Counted from the first letter of the stretch, positions 33,041 to 48,300 are shown. The stretch is 64,000 bases of DNA from Camelus dromedarius (GCF_036321535.1 NC_087437.1:68326001-68390000), one strand, 5' to 3'. Notes: generated by a model from the letters alone, not told the origin. Made by a program: numbers and translations.

Positions 33041-36009
33041 TCAGATGGATCCCCTGTTCTCAGGGCTGTCTAAACAAACTGGGTGGAGTTGGAATGAAAA
33101 GCCAGAATGACTGCCCCCTTCCTTTGAATCTTGCTTATCTGCTGGTGTGAGACACACTTGCCACTTCTTCTCATTGAGAGTGGACACTGCCTCGTGTCCT
33201 TTATCGGAGGCACGTCTAAGATGACCATTCATGGGAACAACCCATTCAACACTCAGTTCTCTAATTTAGATTATATGCTAACCAGCACAGCTTCCCTGGC
33301 ATCCTCTCACTTTTGGAACTAGTTCCATATAATTCTGCTGCAGAAATGGAGACACGGTCTCTGCTGAGGCAAGCTTGAGTTTTGTTTTCCCATGACTTTG
33401 AAACTTCCAAGTTTCATGTTCTTTTGGCTTTTCTGAAAACTTCCAAGTTAACAGAGATACGGGAATGGGAAAGATAAATGAGGAAAGCAAAACAAAACAA
33501 ACAAAACCAAACCAACAACGACAAACAAAGATGACTATGGACAGGAAGAAAAGAACAGTGACAGCAGCAAGCAGCCGGCTGGCGAAGACTGGGAAAGGCT
33601 GCAGCTGCAGTGAGGAAGAAGGGAAAGAGTCTACAGATGGTGATAAAAATAGAAAGGAGGGAAGAAAAAGACTGCAGGAAGACAACAAAAAAACAAAAAG
33701 CAAATGAGGCTGGAAGAGAAACTGATTTAGAGGACAGAAGGTGAGTGGAAGAGAGAGGAGATGCTATAAATGGTGCCCCTAAATATGGTTACATGGCATT
33801 TTCAGAGATCAGTTAAATAAAACAGTTTATTGTTGGGGAGCAATAGATATCAATAGTTAGAAACAGTAGCAAGTAGAGTAGATGAACCTGCAGAGTGTTG
33901 AAAATATATAAAAATAGCTGCAAATAATGAGTGTTTGTATAACATAAATTGGCCTTCTCCACTCACCCCCAACTCTATTCCGCCTCCTGATCTCTTTCCA
34001 CTCATGGAATACATATTTTGATTGATTTTTCATACATTTAAACAGAACTTTTAGTAGAAAAGGAAGAAATGGCAATGTTTAGAAACATCCGGCTACCATG
34101 GGGAAACACCAATTTCAGCTCCTATTTAAAACATCACAAGTATGAGTTCTCTTGACAGTTATTTAACCTATGATGACAGGTTACAAACTTAAAAAAGAAA
34201 CAATGACTGCAGGTTTATTTATGCTACATGCCACATTCTCTTCATAAATAAATAAGTGCTTATGGAAACCCATTCTTTGGCTGCTGTTTACCTGCCACTC
34301 AAGCTGGTCTTTCTGTAATAGCCTGTAATGTCAAAAAGGCACAGCTTTATTAATTTCATGCCAGTAGATTTGATGGAGGGAGGCTGGGAAGGGAGGAAGT
34401 TGCTCTGTGTCGTATCAAATCTGGAAACCTTATCCTTGTTATCCTGAGAGGTCTTTGGCCCCGTCAGCAGCACCCCTGGCTTTCCCTGGCTCTTAGGAGC
34501 ACACTGGCTTCTGGTCAAGACCAGGCTGACACTCAGAGGTGCTTAGCATCCTGGCTAGTTTGGGGACTCTGGTTCCAGTTCACTAACCAGTCTGAGAGTT
34601 GGCCAGAGAGGGAGAGGGCTCAGCCCTAGGTTATGAACTGTTTTATGGAATTATATCTTCCTTCCATTGATCTCCAAGCCAGAGTAACAGTAGCTAGGCT
34701 CTTGAGAGCTGCTCCATTCTTTCTCTTTTCCTTTAGAGTGGGACTTAAACAAACTAGGCTCCTGGAGGTGCAGTAGGAAGAAGATTCCCCCTTAATGTAG
34801 ATCGTTTGCAGTTACAACCACAACTGAATTCCGGTGCACTGTTACAACAGCTCTTGCCCCCATGAAGCATTTTTCTTTGTAAATATCTCCCTAAGAAAAC
34901 AAATAGTAATCTGTGTCTACTAAGTCATCTAAAGATAAAGAGTTCTGTGTAGTATTTTAGGTACTCATGTGTTGGCCACATCCATCCCACCAAAAGTTTG
35001 CTGTCCCTACTGGAAACTATGGATGTGAATATGAGTGTATGTTTGTTGGTGTGTAATTGCTGAGAGTTCACTTGTGTACATAATCCTGGAAGGAGCTGTG
35101 ACAAGTGGAGAATGCCAGCTTTTCCAGGTAGAGGTGTCAAGTTTGCTGAAAGAAGCTAGTGTCTTCATCTTTAAATGGGACTGATAATACCTCGCTTGGT
35201 TTATATCTCAGAAAAGTGTCTGACACTGCTTGGGAAATGGCAGGAAAAGCTGCACCTGCTTTAAGGAAGAGCTCTGTTTCCTGAACAGATTGCGTATTCT
35301 GTCCCAGGTTCATGGACAGCTCTCATGCCCTGGACTTTCTCAGGCAGCCCCTGGCTGGTCCTCACCCCACCCCTGCCCAAGAAGCCCCCTCGCATCCAGT
35401 CTAGTCAGCTTGTCTGTGACAGTGAGAGAAGGACACAGGGACCCAGAACTAGGATGCATGGACTCCCCACTCTTACTGCATTTGAACTTGGCACATACCA
35501 AAGAAACACAGCCTAGGCTGGTCCTGAGAGGCAGTTTCTCTGAAAGAGGAGGAGGAGAGAAATCATTAGTAACCTTTTTTAAAAAAATTAGTGCTATTTC
35601 TTAGGGACATACGAATGAGGGTCTATTAACTAAATTTCTGAAGGATATTAAGAAATGGAAGAATGGGAAAACGCTTGGATTGGCCAAGGAAGAATTAGGG
35701 AAGAAACTTCCAAAACTTCCAAAGGTAGTCAGGAAAGGAGATACTAAATTACAGGTGGCTACAAGGCTACATCAGGCTTGGTTCAGGACTCACGCCAATG
35801 TTAATGCAGTTTTTCTAGAACTGGATCCAAGATTTTCCCGTAAGTGAAATTTTATGTGTGTGTATATCCACTGTGTACTAACTTTACAAATCATAAAGCT
35901 GGTTTGGCAGAATGTGGGTACCTTGTGTGTCATAATAACCCAAACATGTCACCCCTCTCCCTGCAAAGTCACCCAGTGCTTCTGTTCTTGACTGTGTTGA
36001 ATGAATCCT

Positions 36010-36180
36010 ATGGAATTTGAGCAACTTACTGTGTGACCTTTAGCCATTGTACTTACTGTGTGACCTTGCAGAAACCTCAGTTTTTCTCAGCCTCCTCTCT
36101 GATAAGAATGTGATTGATGGCAGTGTCGGTCATCACATGGTAATAACTTGAGAACTAAATGCATAATAAAGTGAGCTAAA
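36010..36180 (+). mobile_element. MIR SINE fragment
   Basis: acttactgtgtgacctt...ttctcagcctcctctctgataagaatgtgattgat...tgagaactaaatgcataat. Confidence 0.55.
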
Positions 36181-39100
36181 TTTGAAGATGTGAAATAATA
36201 ATGCAGAGCATACAGAGCCCTCAGAGATGGGCACCACATAAACTTCACAGAGGGATGGAAGCTTGTCTTCTCTCCTGTTTCTTGTAATTTATTCTCTACA
36301 CTCTCCTATATTATAGAAGTCTATAAAGTGTTTGGAGGATATACAATTTGTATGAAAGAGGCTATAGAAAAGAAAGATGATTCATTCTAAACATATATAA
36401 CCTACAAGTCCCCCTTTTTTTTTGTAACCAGCATGTTGAAAGGAAAGAAGTGAGCCTTACCTGATATACAGTATTGGACTTAAAAGTCAATGGAAATGGT
36501 TCATAGGGAACAGCGGCCAATTTATGGTTCATAGTTTGTGTATTAATTTGAAAAATATTTTCAAATGGTTTATGGGGAGCAATCTCAAATCAATTGCTAT
36601 ACCGTTATTATGGGGGGAAAAGAAGACTGAACTCTATCTCTTTTGAAGGTTAAGAGATAGATGCCTGCTGGTTTCTTTTTTGTAGTCCTGCCTTTTTTCA
36701 GATGTTAAGGGGTGAGTCCTAAAAGGCAGACAGAGTAAAGGAGACAGTGAAGAGACCTCAGCTCCTCCCCAAGGTCACATTCCACCATAACAACTTTCTT
36801 CCTCAGGATGCTGTATAGAGTGCTGGTGTGAAATGGCCTCAGTGAGGTCTGAACTTGGAACCTTTTCTAATTAAATTGTGAAGTGTTTAGTGTGTTTTCA
36901 TTTTGCTTTTCTAATTTGATAGGTCTCATTTGTGTCATTACTATGAATTTCTTAAACCCTGGCTTCGGTTATTAATTTCTCAATTGTCCCAGGCCAAGTC
37001 ATTACGCTTTGATCTACACATAACAGGGAGGAGAATTGGAGGAATTATCCAGAGAATTTAGGTCCAACTAGCCTGGTTGTCTGAAAAAGCCTCCCTTTGA
37101 AAGAAAGTATGTGATTTATGCAAATTACTTGAGTGATGCCTTGACCCTCTACTTCTCTGAAGGCTGTCTGTCGTACCCTTCACCTTTGGGGAATAGACTT
37201 TGATTCTAATGATTTAGAATGATTCTGAGTGCTGGAGATTTACAGTTTCAAGATGGTGGCTCATTATTTCAATATGAAAAAACCCTTTCATGTCACGAAG
37301 GTCAGTCATATCTATTGAGCATTTCCCAGGATAATCCAAAAGAAACCATCATAAGCCCAGTTCTCATTTTGTAGCATTTCAGGATACTAGTTCGGCAGGG
37401 GAAGGTGAGGTGGGCAGGTGAGTTCCCCTGCTGATGTAAATCTTCAGAGGGCTCCCTCCTCCTCATAATTTATGATAAGCAGAATCCTATATCTATGGGC
37501 CAGAAAAGTGAGCTGAATGTTGCCTGTGAAATTCTATCCAATATGGTACATCTTAAAGGCATTTGGATTAGATTTCCTTGCTAGCTCAAAGAGGTCAGTT
37601 GAATAGATACTGTAGCAGAGCTATGGCAGAAACCGGGAAAACTGAGCCATCTTTCTCTCATGGTGTCTCTGGGTCAGTGCATTCTTGGTTCCATCTTGGT
37701 TCCAGTTGAGGACACCAGTGACACTCTTGCCTATAGATTTCTTGGTAAGGAAACAATGTTCCAACATTCTTTAGGAAGTTAGGACTTTCACCAACTCACA
37801 GATTGATCTGGAAGTGAGCATACACACCACCACTGCCCCCTGCCCCTGTGACCTCTTTGGTAGAACAGATGCTCTGTGAGTTATTGAAAAGAGAGTGATC
37901 ATGGGTCTAGGGTAATGAGGCTTTTGCAAGAGTGGTTTTCCTGAGTGAGTTGTGCTTCTTAAGATGACTCGAGGAACCAGAAAAGAGATCTCTTTGGAAA
38001 TCACATCTCAAAGTAGAGTTTAGGAGCAAGGGTAAGAACTGGTGACTGACAGTGAATGTGTGATTGTGTTATTTGGTAGGAAGGTGGTTATTGTTGGAGG
38101 ACCTTGGTTTGCACATGTTAAACTCATTTGAGAATTACTCAGAATGTGTATATTAACTCGTTAATATTGCTCAAGCTGTAGAGGATAAAAAAATATTGTT
38201 TTTATATTGTAAAGAAGGATTCTGTAGTAGGAAACATATCATTCAGGTTCACCCAAAGAGTTAGGAGAAGATTCCTTATTAAAATATTCTGAGGCCCTGG
38301 TTTAACTAGTGAATTCATACTGCCCATCCTTTATTAACTTCCATTATCTTTTTCTGAAAAGAGGAGTCAAATCTCCTTTATATAATCTATATGTTACATA
38401 ATGTTAATACTTTCAACTCCAATATTACCAATAATCCCCCTACCCTCAATGCAACTCCATAGGTCAAAAGACAATTAAGATTGGTGGATGGCAAGTTGGC
38501 AGAACCCATCATTCTCTCTCCAGAGTACTAGAAAGTTAATTGGATCACACTGCTGCATTTATCAGAGGCTTTCAGCACAAGATACAAAGCAAACTTGCAA
38601 ATGGGGAGCTTTCCCATTTCTCTTCCTCCATGCTAGCTTTAGGTCCCCAAAGTCACATGCTAACAATAGGTATGATTAAGTCCCTACAACTGCCCCCAGG
38701 CACTATGTGGGATGTTGGGGCTCCAAAGATAATGAAGACATAGATTTTGCCTTTTACAAAGAGAAGCAGACATGTTTTTTACAAAAAAACATGGCAGTAT
38801 TGGGTGGTAAGTTCTGTAATAGCGGGGAGGATTCAAGGTACAATTAGAACCCAGTGTGGAGTACACTTCCAAACCCAGAGAGAGGTTCCAAACCTCTCCT
38901 GAGAGGTCATTAACTGTTCTCGTGGGTGGCAGTAGCCAAAGGGGGGTGAGGAAATAAAGAAGGGCATGAAGGACATTCATTGGAGTAGCTTCTCCATGAA
39001 AAGAAGGGGAGAGGTCAGGGGAAGGTGGAGGAAGGAGAAGGGTGGATTTTTTTTTTTTTTCAAGATAGAAGATTCTTGAGTAGATTCAGATTCCAGAAGG

Positions 39101-39987
39101 ATGAAAGCAATCAAGAGGGAGACTTTGAAGATAGAGGAGAGAAAGAGGTGGAGGAAGCAAACCTAGAGGGTGTTAGGCCGGTTTCACAGGACAGGAGGAA
39201 GAATTAGCCTCTGACGTGACACACAACCCCAACTCCCAAGGCCAATTACAAGGAAAAAAGAAGTTGCGGCCCTGTTTGCACATCTCTGCCAGATAGAATA
39301 GAGACCAAAACTCCCTTTGTGGTGGTGATTTCATATCACTGTTATTAATGTAGCCTAGAAATGAGTGTCTGTAGGAAGAGCTCTCCATTTGTTGCTTGCT
39401 CTGCAACTGGGTCTAAATAATGTCACTACCGCTGCCAGAATAAAGAAAGTAATCACTGTTGGCTATGGATTTAGATTGATTGATATTCTCAGATAATATT
39501 CATGGAGGCACCCCAGGCTGCAAGCTTCCACATTGCCTGCTTTAAAATAGGTTTAAGGAGGGGAAAAAAGCCACCCATCTTATATACCCATTCCAGCAAT
39601 TACAGTCGATAATTCCAGACACATATAGAACAAAGAGGAAGTTTAACATGAAAAGACAGACATACACTTTTTAAGGAAGGATAGTGTCCCGATGTTCAGA
39701 AGGTTATCCCCTAGCTGTGAAATTCATTCAAAGAAAAATACCTGAATTAATTCAAACTCAGAATGCGTAGCTTATTTTATGAAATGCCAGTTTGCTGAAT
39801 GAGGAGAGGAGATACAATTTCCTTTAAAGCGGCATGCACCATATGAGAGCAGGATTGCAAACTATGTATCTGAAGGTTTCCTTTTTAGGTTTGCAAAACT
39901 AACCCTGTGTGGGTCAGGCTTTGTGTTAACCCTTGGAGGTACCAGGACAGGCAAATGCTGGGTCCTCAAGAAGCTTCCAGCCTGAGG

Positions 39988-40260
39988 CAGAGTTTCCTAA
40001 ACTGTATTCCACGGACTCATGAGACATCGCTGTCCTCCAAAATCTTGATAAACATTTGATCAGGAAAGATATTTTATGATCCAGCACCACAGTTCCTAAG
40101 GAATTTATGTAAATAAATCATTTAATTTGCTGCAGAACTTTCCAGAGCGTTTACTGTGAAACTGGTCATAGTGAATCGTGAAGGTTTCCTTTACAATGTA
40201 CCTCTAAATTTGTTGCACAGGGAATTTTTTTTTCACCCCACAGAACTGAAAGCACTAGTT
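39988..40260. mobile_element. Possible hAT-Charlie derivative
   Basis: Starts cagagtttcctaaactgtattccacgga and ends gaaagcactag, Charlie-like termini; the interior is degenerate. Confidence 0.35.
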
Positions 40261-43200
40261 TATAAAATATCAAGATCCTTGCTGGTATTCTGGCCTTGTA
40301 TTAGCTACTTCAGCATAAGAGGGGCAAGGCTTTGACAATTTTTGTGTTATGGATATAATTACATCATATGGTTGAACTGAATAACTCACAAAATGGGCAC
40401 TAGTTTTTCAACTACAACAGATCGATATAGTAAAATGGGATAGACCAGTGCCTGGTGAATGTTTCTAAAATAAATAATGAGTCCAGATCATTCAGGCCAT
40501 TGTTAAGAAATTCTTTCTCCATGACTGATTTTAAATTGATTTATGCAAATTGTAGCTCCAATTTTGACTTGGCACATGGAGAGATGGTGTTTTGCCCTGC
40601 CTTCCTCTATCTGGGACCACAGACAAATGAGGTCTAGCGAGGTTAGAAGCAAATGTAGCCATAAAGAATAGCAAACATTATCTGCTTGTCCCTTCCTTGT
40701 GTTGAAGTCCTGAGAAGACTGCTACCCTTTTCAGAGTCTTATTTTAACTCGACTCTTCCCCACTCCCCGAGTCAATAACCCACTTGAAAATGCAGAAATC
40801 TGGCTTCTAAGCAGAGTTGGGCCAGGGGACTTTTTAAAGAAAAATATTCATGACTTGGATTTTTTTTTCTTTTTCTATTCCTGAACTTCAAGTTTTCATG
40901 TTTAGCAATTAAATTAAATTTTAAAATGAAATGGTAAATTCTACACACCAGATTAATCAGTTAAATGCTACTCGAAATGTTAAAGTTTGTCTCCAACAGT
41001 TTCTGCTTTTTCTTCCAAACAGTATATGCCCATTAAAACTCAGGAACTGTCCTACCAGAACAAACCAATGGTCCCCTCAGTCTAGAATCCTGCTTCCAAC
41101 AGCAGTTAACAGTGAATGCTTCACAGGAAGATGGAAACATTTGATAATGATCTCTATCCAGTGGAAAAACCTCTACCTCCTGCAGAATGAATACTTATGG
41201 ACAGAATGAAATGTGAAGTGAATTTGATTTTAAGCAAGTAGCTCCAAGTCTTTAGTTGAAACCTTTATATTATTTTGAAATGTATTTGTGTTCAAGTCAG
41301 TACAGACCCAGTGGTGCAAACCTAATCCTAAAATGAACCAAACTATTAGCCAAAAGCAGAGAGATATGGATTCCGTGATTATTTTGCAGAAACTGCCTGT
41401 CCTCCATCTGGACTTTTGGCAGCAGTGACTCTGTCTTACTCATCTTTGCATCTTCATCTCTTAGCAAAATTCCAGAGTCAGGTAATATTTGTAGAAATGC
41501 ATCAAATATGATTTACTCTTAAAAGTAGAAATATCCATTAATCCAGGTCTTTGTGTCACTTTGCATGTGTGAATGTGTGATTAGAGTCAATGTCTGTGAG
41601 TAAACATATGGACTTCACATATACATAAAATATACAAATACATTCATACCCATAGTGTTTTCCTAGTTTTAACATCAGCCTTAAGCTTAAACATAAAGTT
41701 ATTCATGAATTCTATAACTTCATTATAAGTTAAGGGGTTTGTAAATGGAGGAAAAGAAAATTTGTTTCTGTTTGTACGTGTAGAGTTCAGGGCATTATAG
41801 TTCAACGAAGTTGTGATATAGCTCTTTGATTTCCACAATAAAGTGTGTTCATGTTATTGTGCGTCCCTGGGACCCAACCATCCAATTAATTTAAAACCTA
41901 TGCTTTGGGTCTGACAGATCCAGTGGTCTATTTTGAGGATAAATGTTGAAAATGTCAACTCCATAAAATGGTGAAACTGATTTCTCTCTATTAAAGGTAC
42001 CACAAACCATTTATTGATTTTTTTTAAAAAAGAGAAGTAAGAAGAATCATGTACCAATTGAATAGGAAATCAGACAATCCAATTACAGTTATGAAACTGA
42101 AGCATTGGGTCTGACAGGACCACTGATTGTAAATGACTGCCGGAAAATGCCAGAGAATATTTGTTCACCCACATACACATACACCCAAGGACAAGTCTCC
42201 TGGAGCAAGAAGTAGCTAAAATGAATAGTCATGGAAAACAAGAGGTCTGCATTTATCACCTGCTCCTTGTAGTCATATTGAGCTGTGTTATGTATCTGAA
42301 AGTTCACCAATGGTCAGTGGTCGCTGTCGGAATTTTGTTTTAGTTATACTCTAGTGTTGAACAAGCTGACCATTTGAAGTCTGTACATAAAATGAAATTA
42401 TTATTTATTGCACCAGTTAAAAACTAACCTCCTTCAGTCTTTACTCTGTGGCTTAAACTTTATCCATCATCATCCAATATTTATTGATTGTCCATTTAAT
42501 TCATACCATTATTTAAAGGTGCGTCAAGGAAAGCTTGTTGAAATGAATCACAGAAAGATTTAATCCCTGGGCTCAGAAGAGGGTGGGAGCTTTGTTAGTC
42601 AGACAACTTAGTCATGATCCTGTTGAGGGAAAACAGGTGATTTCTGAAAGATGATCTATGTAACAAAGTTTAACAGTCCCCCTTTTTCTCCGCCACGTGT
42701 AACATGAGGGGGCAGAACTGAATACTAGTGGAGGCCCCTGAGAGCCATGGTGGGGAGATGAGGTTTCCAGGAATGACACTGTCTCTGGATGGCGGGAGAG
42801 CATTCCTGAACTGTTGACATCCTCTGAAGCCACCCTTAGATCCGGTGAACTTCACTTTCTTAAAGCAGCACACACTCTTCTCTTCTAAGTGGTGAATTAG
42901 TAGCAGTCATAGCAGCAGACGAGGAGTCTCTCTTAGATTGCTGACGTTTCAGGCTGTTTAAGCTCTATTTGCACAGTAAGAAGTCAAACGTGCTTCATAT
43001 CTGCTGTCTCTCGGCAGTGACAGAAAGTTGGTAAGGACCTCTGATAAGAAACAGATTAGTAGGAGTTCAGTTTCTAACTCATCTGAGTTCAGGGCTAGGC
43101 TTTCCCATTAACACGGAGAAGCTGCTGACACTGTGGGATATGGATGGGGGAAGATGACGCACTCAGAGTTCTTCCAGATCCAGGGCCCAGCATCTCTATG

Positions 43201-44324
43201 TAAAATTAAGTGGAATCTCCTGATGCTGTTGGGGTCACTGCTATCATGAGCAGTTTCCACACTCCCAAACTGTAGTGTCCAAGAAACTGTGAAGCCTTAA
43301 CTCTTTGACCCCAGTTCCTAATGCTGCTTTGTAGACGTCTCAGATACTGCAGGAACCTAGAAATTCAAAACCGTACTTCTTCAATCTTGTAACCCCGGTT
43401 CAGAGACACTTTATCCAATTATAACTTTTCCTTGACCCCTGTGACCCACACCACTGCATAGCAGGATTCTACCATTTGTTGGCATGCTAATCACTAACTG
43501 TTAGCCCCATCTCACCGAAGTTCAGTGCCAGAAGTCCAAGACACCAACACAAATTCTTCCAAAGTAGAAAGACTAAGAACATGATTAGCATCAGCAATCA
43601 TCCCCATTGCAAAGAATTCAATGTAAAAATGTTTAGGTGATAAAACAGTCCGTTCACAATCTAGATATCACTCAAAATGCAAGAGAATTGCAGAGATTTA
43701 AAAAAAATAAGCCACAGAGGATTTTTAATAACCCTTGGGACTGCGAAAGGATATATGTTTTCTTCAGCTCTAAGTTGGGAGAAGGTACTGAGGAGAGTGC
43801 CTGTTCAACCCCTTATTCTGGGAGAGCCGGTTGCCATAACAACAGACTTTATTTCTTTATTCATGTTCCCATGTTATCTTTTCCTGTCACTCTTAGAACG
43901 TCCCTTGGCATAACAACAAGTAACATGCAAAAGACAGCCAGATCTTGTTGGTAAGTCACAGCATCTTTTGCTTTGCAAGCAAATGTGTTATTCTTTCAAG
44001 AAATAAAAAAAAAATGCATGAATGACACTTGGCTAGGTAACATTTCACTACATTTCTATGGCAATATTTATTTCTTCATTTATTTAAAATCTGTAGTTTT
44101 AACTGCTAACTCAAAAGTGGTAAAAGTAAACAGTACTCCATCAAGTTAGAGAGGCATCTGGGAAAAGAGCTCAGGGTGTGGTTTTTGTGACTCAGTCCTC
44201 CAAAGCAGCATCTATTATAATGGTTGTTGGCCACCCCACCCCATTCTATCAATCTCTCTTGTTTTAGTCAAGGTGGGGAGAAAAGAAACCAGCATGATGT
44301 TGGATGATTTACAAAATCTCTCAA

Positions 44325-44480
44325 CACTTCTTAGAAAATCCCTCAACAAGGTTTCAAAATATATCACCATTTTGCATGAGAGAAGTGACACACAAAAATA
44401 GTAAGCCACAGTAAAATCTCATTAAAGGATGGAATCAGATTTTGAATCTAGTTGTTTAGGTTCTAAAGCATAATTCCTTT
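44325..44480 (-). mobile_element. MIR SINE fragment
   Basis: aatccctcaacaagg...atcaccattttgcatgagagaagtgacacaca...ggaatcagattttgaatctag...ttctaaagc. Confidence 0.6.
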
Positions 44481-45049
44481 TAGACCACCTTGCTGAAAAA
44501 ACCACAGAATTCCCCTGCAATGGTAATTAACACCCTCCCGGCTGTATTGCTTTTTACCACTAGCTTAATTAAGTCATTAAAGTTTATGGTATTTGCACTT
44601 GTGAGTATTTGGAAACTATAATTTCTAAGGTGAAAGTTGGTATACAAATGTCTCTGCCATTGGAGTCTTTTTCTTGCCTCCAAGTCAGAAAGCTGATAAA
44701 TCAACTGACAGAGATCAAAGTTACCCATGTAAAATGACCCCACTTAAAAATGTTACAGCATAGGTGAAAAACCTTAGGTTTAGAAGTAAACACAAAGTGA
44801 AATATATTGAGACATGAAGTAGACTTCTGTTCAGATCACATCCATTTTGAAGATCACTGTAACTTATTTGATCATAAACTTCTAAAGGAAATGTGGTGTC
44901 AAAGTCGAATCCTTAAGCACCACAAACATGCATGCCTCTCTATCCATCTCAGTGTAGCACAAAGGAGGACATGTGACAGAACATGGTAATAGAAGACTTC
45001 AAAGTCATAGCAACACGTGCACTTGTAAGGCATTCAGTTTCTTTTTAAG

Positions 45050-45300
45050 TCACTCATTTATTTAGCAGTCAGTCATCCAGTCTGTTTTTGGGGACTGAAG
45101 AAATGAAATGAAAGGATTTGTTCTTGGTCCTTGAGGAGAATACACTCTTGGGGGAAGACAGACGTATGAACAGCCATAGTATGACTTCCTATGCAGAAAT
45201 TGCAATCAGTGCAGACTTGCTTGGGTGGTTTCATACACACAAAAAAAATTTATCTGCCTGGAAGATGCTTAGGGAGTATGTACAGAATGAATGACTGATA
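45050..45300 (-). mobile_element. L2 3' fragment
   Basis: cactcatttatttagc...ggtccttgaggagaatacactcttgggggaagacagacgtatgaacag. Confidence 0.55.
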
Positions 45301-48300
45301 ATGTGTGGTTTCATGTATATTTCATCTCTACACTAATTTCTAAACATATCCAGAAGTATCTAACAGTCTGAAGATTACTCCTGTGTACAATGTCATGATG
45401 ACATTAAGGTCCTGGACAACAGTGGCCAGAGTTCCAGAAATAAGCTTCATGTCATTGTTTTGGATGTTTTTTTAAACACATATTCTGGACCCATAAACTG
45501 TTTAGTAAATCTCAAAATCAGAGAATTTGATAGCACAACTCTTCTCTTTTCTTCACCAGACCCATTATACTTTGTAGCTCTCAGCTGAATATCCTGCAAT
45601 GTTTTGACAGCTTTCTCTGCTAACTGCTTAATTTTGCTGCATTTGTTATGAAATTGTCATTCCCTGCCGGCAAAAAAGTACCTCATATTCATGAGGAAAA
45701 GAAACATTTAAATTTTTTTTATTGCTTCAATATTTATTTTACTTTAGGATACAGGCAATGATACTCACACTTTCGGCGAAACAGTCCTTACACTTAAGAC
45801 CGGAGCGTGGAACATGACTATCACCCTGACTTGGTGCTGACAGGGACTGGCTTACTGTTGGGCACTTTCAGAGAGAGGTTGGGGGTTGACTGAACTGAAA
45901 AATCAGCAGCAACAGCAACTTCACCTCTGGGATCATTTCACCTTATTTATATTCACAGAATTGTGCAATGGAAAAGTAAAGGGTTCAGATGATGCTATCA
46001 TAGGAAGGAACATGCATCCAAATTTCATCTCTGTTTGTTTGTTTGTTTTAACAAAAGGATATTTAGAATGTAGATAGCTGTAAAGAGCATGATTTTTAAA
46101 AAGGAGCAGAGAAGAGGGATTATGAAGAGTGGTAAAAATTAGAAATGTTTCCCCGAGAAAACAGAAGTTGCCTGGTCCAGTTAAAATAAAGAATTGCTAT
46201 GAAGAGTATTCAGATCAGTTGTCCTATGTGTCTGCTAAGAACACAAAGTCAGTTAAGCCTCATTGATGTAAAAGTGATTGCGATAGCAAACAGGCTACCA
46301 AGAGAGAGATTTGAATCGTCGTCTTAAAATAAGACAGAAGTTGTATTCAGCTCAGGACCCAATATTTTGAATAACAAAAAGATGCTTTCTCTTACTTCAA
46401 ATATTAAAATTTCTTGATATGGGCTACTTTTTTTCCCCGCTCTGTAGCAAGGATTCTTAAAAGAGTAGGAAAGAGCTGTCACCACAGACTTGTGTCCTCC
46501 ATCCTCAGAAATGCCATCAATCTACCAAGAGTTGAGAAAAATGTGGCAACCAGCGTGAACATTACTAGTATATCTCCACCTACTACTTTCAGCCATTATT
46601 TTCAATACCTGCCTGAACTTCTTGATGTCCCTTTCATTTCTATATTTCTGCAGTGCTTATAATAAAGAAGAATACATTCAATCTCCATTTGAGAGGGAAA
46701 ACAAACATGCTTTTTAAAGAAATGATTTCTATTTGTGGTAGATAAAAGAATGAACATGTGAGAGACAGTAGACACATGAGGAGCAATAGAAAATTAGAAA
46801 AAGATGAATTACAAGTTAAAGATTTGAAACAGGACTCTGAAAATAGGGAGCAGTTCAGAATTGCCTACAAAAGAAATAAAAAGTCTTCCTAGGAAATATA
46901 TTCTGAATAGTGTACCATGAAAATGTCTTGTGCATTCTACACAGATGGCATCAGAAAAATGGGCAAAGGTAGGCAATATATGTGTCGAGAAGTAATCATT
47001 GTAGAGTAGATTAAACTATGTTACAAAAATAACAATTGTCCTTTCATGATCCCTAAACTCCAAGAATGAGTTCAGGGATAGGTTGGTCTCTGGAAAGGAG
47101 TTCGATCATGTGCATAGTTGAAGTTGTAATAGTCTGGACTGAAGAATTCTGTTCTATATCACTCCAGTGTGTGGTCCCAGTAGGAGGTAATGTGTTTTAG
47201 AAGGGTACCCGGGAACCAGGGCTGTAGTGTACCCTGGTACCTGCTTGATGTATATCATGGGAGTCAGCACTGAGAGGAAAATAGGAAGAGTCTGACATTT
47301 TTTCAAGAAAGCATAGGTTTGATTGGTGACATACTGAGTTTTATCATGACAGTGATCAACTTTTATAAATAATCAGTTAGCAGACAGTAAGTGTGTGTGT
47401 CTGTGTGTTTGGAGGGAGGGAAAGGGGAAAGAAAGCATAGAATGAGAGTGGCAGAGAAAGAGATAGTCAGATGAAAGAAAGCAAATTGAACTGGGGTCAC
47501 TTGCATATTTTTATGATTAACTTTCAAATAAGATTGATTCCTTTGTCCTTTATATAATGGTAAATTTAAGAGGAAAAATAACTGTCCAGAAAGTGATGAT
47601 TATTCAAAGCTGTTTGATTTGACAAGTTAAATGAGGGAATTAAAAATGAGTCTACTTTTCCAGGAATGATACCTTGAAGACATGAATTTATATTGTGCTT
47701 TACACATTTAATGCCCTTTTCATTTTATCTCCAGAACAATCCCATAGGGTAAGATCTTTAGCACAGGACCTGACACACTGTAGAAGCTCAGTAAAGCATT
47801 GATACCTCACATGGTAACAATGATGATAGATAGAGAAGCCAGACTGGGAAGGGTCTAAGAAATTAAAGAGCTAAAAATTGGTACTTTACAGACCCTTGAG
47901 AGTCACTGAAGCCTAATCTATGAATATCATCAATCAGCTGAACCCAAATGTAGATGATGGAGAAAAGCCATGGGTAGTTGGCTCAGGGGTAGAGAAATAA
48001 GACACTCTTACCTCCAAAAGTGGAGGATGGAAGCTCTTCTCTCCTAACTGGAATGCAGGGTATGTGGTTAGAACCTGCAGAGTGGAAAGGAGAGATTGAT
48101 TAAATGTGTTGCTTCCTACCCCAGCCATCCACCATTTATCATTTCTGGGTACTGTGATTATTTTGCATTCAGCACAAAGATGGCAATCTGGCAGGTTTGT
48201 GAGCTTTGAGACTCCAACAGATTGCAGCTGAATTCTTACTTGTTTGTCAAGGCAACAGAGCGCGCTCCCGTCAGTCAATATGCCTTTTCTTGCCTTGAAA

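Noticed and set aside
33278..33707. Hydrophobic 141-aa and charged 80-aa overlapping ORFs
   Set aside because: By-products of a purine-skewed low-complexity tract.
45748..45880. Candidate exon on either strand (plus acceptor actttag; minus donor gtgagt)
   Set aside because: No recognisable protein; such sites are expected by chance in 64 kb.
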